This document shows positions 61,364 to 64,000 of a DNA stretch of 64,000 bases, in pieces; the stretch's first letter is position 1, and each line of letters opens with the position of its first letter. The translations under genes and the position numbers were made by a program. This stretch comes from Raja brachyura (lineage: Eukaryota): contig OY740786.1 of assembly GCA_963514005.1 (NCBI GenBank), forward strand, positions 50,096,001-50,160,000. Direction: 5' to 3'. The notes beneath the pieces are model-generated. The model saw only the letters and a program-made list of their open reading frames with translations. It did not search any database and was not told the origin of the DNA.

Positions 61364-61640
61364 ACAGTGGTGGACAATGTATGGCCCATCAGCAGGATCC
61401 GGCCCATAACCCGAAATCATCTGGCCCGCAGGTGTTTTTTTTTCAATTAGATTTCGCAACATGGGAACTGCAGCCAGTCCTGGGGCACGCAGGCAACCTG
61501 GGCGCTACAGCCAGACCTGCTAGCCGACCTCGGAGCTACAGCCAGTCTCGGGGCAGGCGAGCTGACCTGGGCACGCAGGCGACCTGGGAACTGCAGGTGC
61601 TTTGGTCCACCGTGTCCGCGCCGACCAGCAATTACCCCTG
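61364..61640. mobile_element. hAT (Charlie-like) left-end remnant with GC-rich short repeats
   Basis: CAGTGGTGGACAA..GGATCCGGCCC preceded by ATCTAGGA, and repeated CCTGGGCACGCAGGC. Confidence 0.45.
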
Positions 61641-61641
61641 C

Positions 61642-62360
61642 TGTTGTGGTTGCTGATACTCAAAATTAACTCGAGTGACGCGGAGAATACTTCAAGAAGT
61701 TCAAACCTTTATTTGCAAATTAAGGCTGGAACATTCAAAGAGCAAATCACTTGAGAGTTCACTCCAAACAAAGAGCTGTCCCTGTCATGTTTAACTCTGT
61801 ATGTGACACAGCCCCAGTGCATTTCCGTACCCAATCATTTGCAGACATTCCATTATCGATAACCAATCACTTGCACACATTCCTTTAGCAATAACCAATC
61901 ACTTGCAGTTACTTTTATCCTCCTTCCCAGATTTTCCATTCCATAACTCCTATTTTTTAAGTCACACGACTCCCCTTTCTTGGGCCCCTTATTTCTCTTA
62001 GCTACGGCTTGGAGTTACAAATGTCATATAATTCTCACAATTGATTAATGCTAAGTGCTAATCTAGCTGAACCCAATGTTTACTTTCCTATCTTAGGCCT
62101 CTTTTATCGCTCTGTCATCTCAGCTATGGGTGTTACAAATTTACAAAGATCCTATAACTGTCACAATTAATTTACGCTAAGTGGTGAGCTAGCTTCGAGG
62201 GGAGAACCCAAACACCTTCCCCCTCAATTTATATAAACAAAACACACAAATGAGAGCACAACTATCTTGCACAAATGTCTTATCTCAACATAAACAAGCT
62301 AATCCAAACATGCAGAGCAAAGCTAAATCCAAACATGCAGAACAAAGCTAAATCAACGGA
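61642..62360 (-). mobile_element. Possible solo-LTR-like element
   Basis: AATAAA on the minus strand at about 61710, three ACCAATCA(C/T)TTGCA repeats, TGTTG..CAACA-like termini. No convincing TSD. Confidence 0.35.
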
Positions 62361-64000
62361 TAATAGATAAAGGATAATATTTAAGTAGCTCAAGTATTAC
62401 AAACACCAAGAATATAAAATATAAAGATAATATACTCCTATACTCCACATCCAAACTTGCAGACCCAATCAATATGGAGAAACTGGCAGCCAATGTCCAA
62501 GCCGTCAAATTTCTGCATACTCTAGCAGAAACTCTGATTAATCTCATATATTTTCCAGAGATGCTACCTGACCCACTGACCCACTAGTTACTCCAGCAGT
62601 TTGAGTCTTTCTTTGTAAACTAGCAAATGCAGTTCCTTGTTTGTTCTATAAAGATGAAAGTAATGTCACAAGAAAACCTTATGACAAATAGACTCAGATG
62701 GCCACCATCTGGGTCTGGCTACCAAACTCTGCTGAATCCTTGGTGTTTAGTTTGGTTGTGCTGGAATCAAACCTGTATTCCACAAGAATTGACAATGTAG
62801 CGGTGAAAATAAATTGGTAAAGGTACTGGTAAGAAAGTGGCGAGAACTGTATTTGTGATACGGCTGCATCAGTAAGAGACTTGTATTACGATGCAAAATT
62901 AAATGAGTTACGTTCACCCTTGCTCATTACAGGCAGACACAACACATGTATTATTATTGCAGGTCAGGCAACATCTCTGAAGACAGAAAATGAGTCTTAG
63001 AATGACCAAATTTTAGAGAGATGTCATTTCAACAGAACTGGTAAAGTGAGAAAACGTATCAGCATCTTAAACAATTTCAGTTTGTATTTCAGACTTCCAG
63101 CATCTGCAGTCGTTTACTTTTCCACATTTATTATTGTGATATCCAGAATGTAGAAAACTGAAAGTTATGCTAAAAATGTCTCCTTTCATTCACAAACAAA
63201 ATTAGAAGCAAATTGTCATAGACGGCTCTGAATAAAAGAACACTACCCAGGCCTATTTCACAGTTGAAATATCTCCAGTGAATTATGTAGTGGATGATGC
63301 AAATTGATTTTAAAGTGGATGAATATGGAACATATACTTCAATAGGAACCTTGTAACATTCAGAGTAAAAGTGGATTGTGTGTGAAACATTGGAAGTGAT
63401 TGACCACTGGATTAGAGGAGGGCAAGAGGTGCTTTTTTGAATTACTCTAACAAAATGCCACAAGACATAATGGTCCAATGGCAGTTTTCCATTGGCCTTC
63501 CCAGAATATAATTTAAACTACTCAACAAACCAAGTGATAATAATAAGTGTGTGCATGATGTGGGGGCATGTGTAATGTAAGAAATTAGATGGAAGAAGGT
63601 GATTATCTGCAGATCTGAAACTATTTGGTCAGTCTGAAGCAGTTATCAGTAATGCTGAGCATCTGTTCAAATATAAGTGCACATCAGAAGCCACAAAGAG
63701 AAACCCTACTTTAACAGAACTCTCAAGTGAACTGCAGCATTTTCAATCAATGATGTTTTTACTTCTTATTCTCAATAGCTTCTTGCTCTTGAATTTTTCA
63801 TTTATTCTGCTGGAACTTTCTGGGAAAATGACTGTATGTGAATAATGCATGATATTATTAATCTGCAAATCCAACAGCAATTTGTGTCGAGGAAGTGATA
63901 CTCATTGCTATGTATATGACCTCTGTGGGCTCCCAGTCCATAGTGAAGTAACATGCCAAGTAAGCAGTATAATAATACATGGGACCAGGGAATGCTCTGA

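Noticed and set aside
58347-61364. Pair of hAT ends defining one element
   Set aside because: The ends face outward and the adjacent 8-mers differ (GTCTAGTT versus ATCTAGGA).

Overview
Eukaryotic, repeat-dense, apparently intergenic or intronic DNA. I found no host protein-coding exon. The repeat complement (CR1 with (CTATGTTT)n tails, tRNA-derived SINEs, Penelope-like elements, DIRS, Rex1/Babar-like, RTE) suggests a cartilaginous fish such as a skate or ray; this is inference only. Main elements: (i) an intact 4,714-bp Gypsy (Mag-like) LTR retrotransposon with identical 203-bp LTRs; (ii) two oppositely oriented DIRS1-type tyrosine-recombinase retrotransposons; (iii) a 2.66-kb non-autonomous hAT carrying non-transposase cargo; (iv) a probable non-autonomous Helitron whose 3' hairpin is split by a solo LTR; (v) a Harbinger-type MITE; (vi) many LINE, SINE and Penelope fragments and one 396-N gap. 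Most interesting signals: a 140-bp TSD-flanked retroposon (616-755) whose 5' end is a minimal 54-nt CPEB3/HDV-like ribozyme fold; a coherent set of splice signals in DIRS that could produce Gag, Pol and recombinase mRNAs from one promoter; and Penelope-type minimal hammerhead motifs, including a 3x tandem array. Family names come from motifs read by eye, not database searches, and the boundaries of degraded repeats are approximate.
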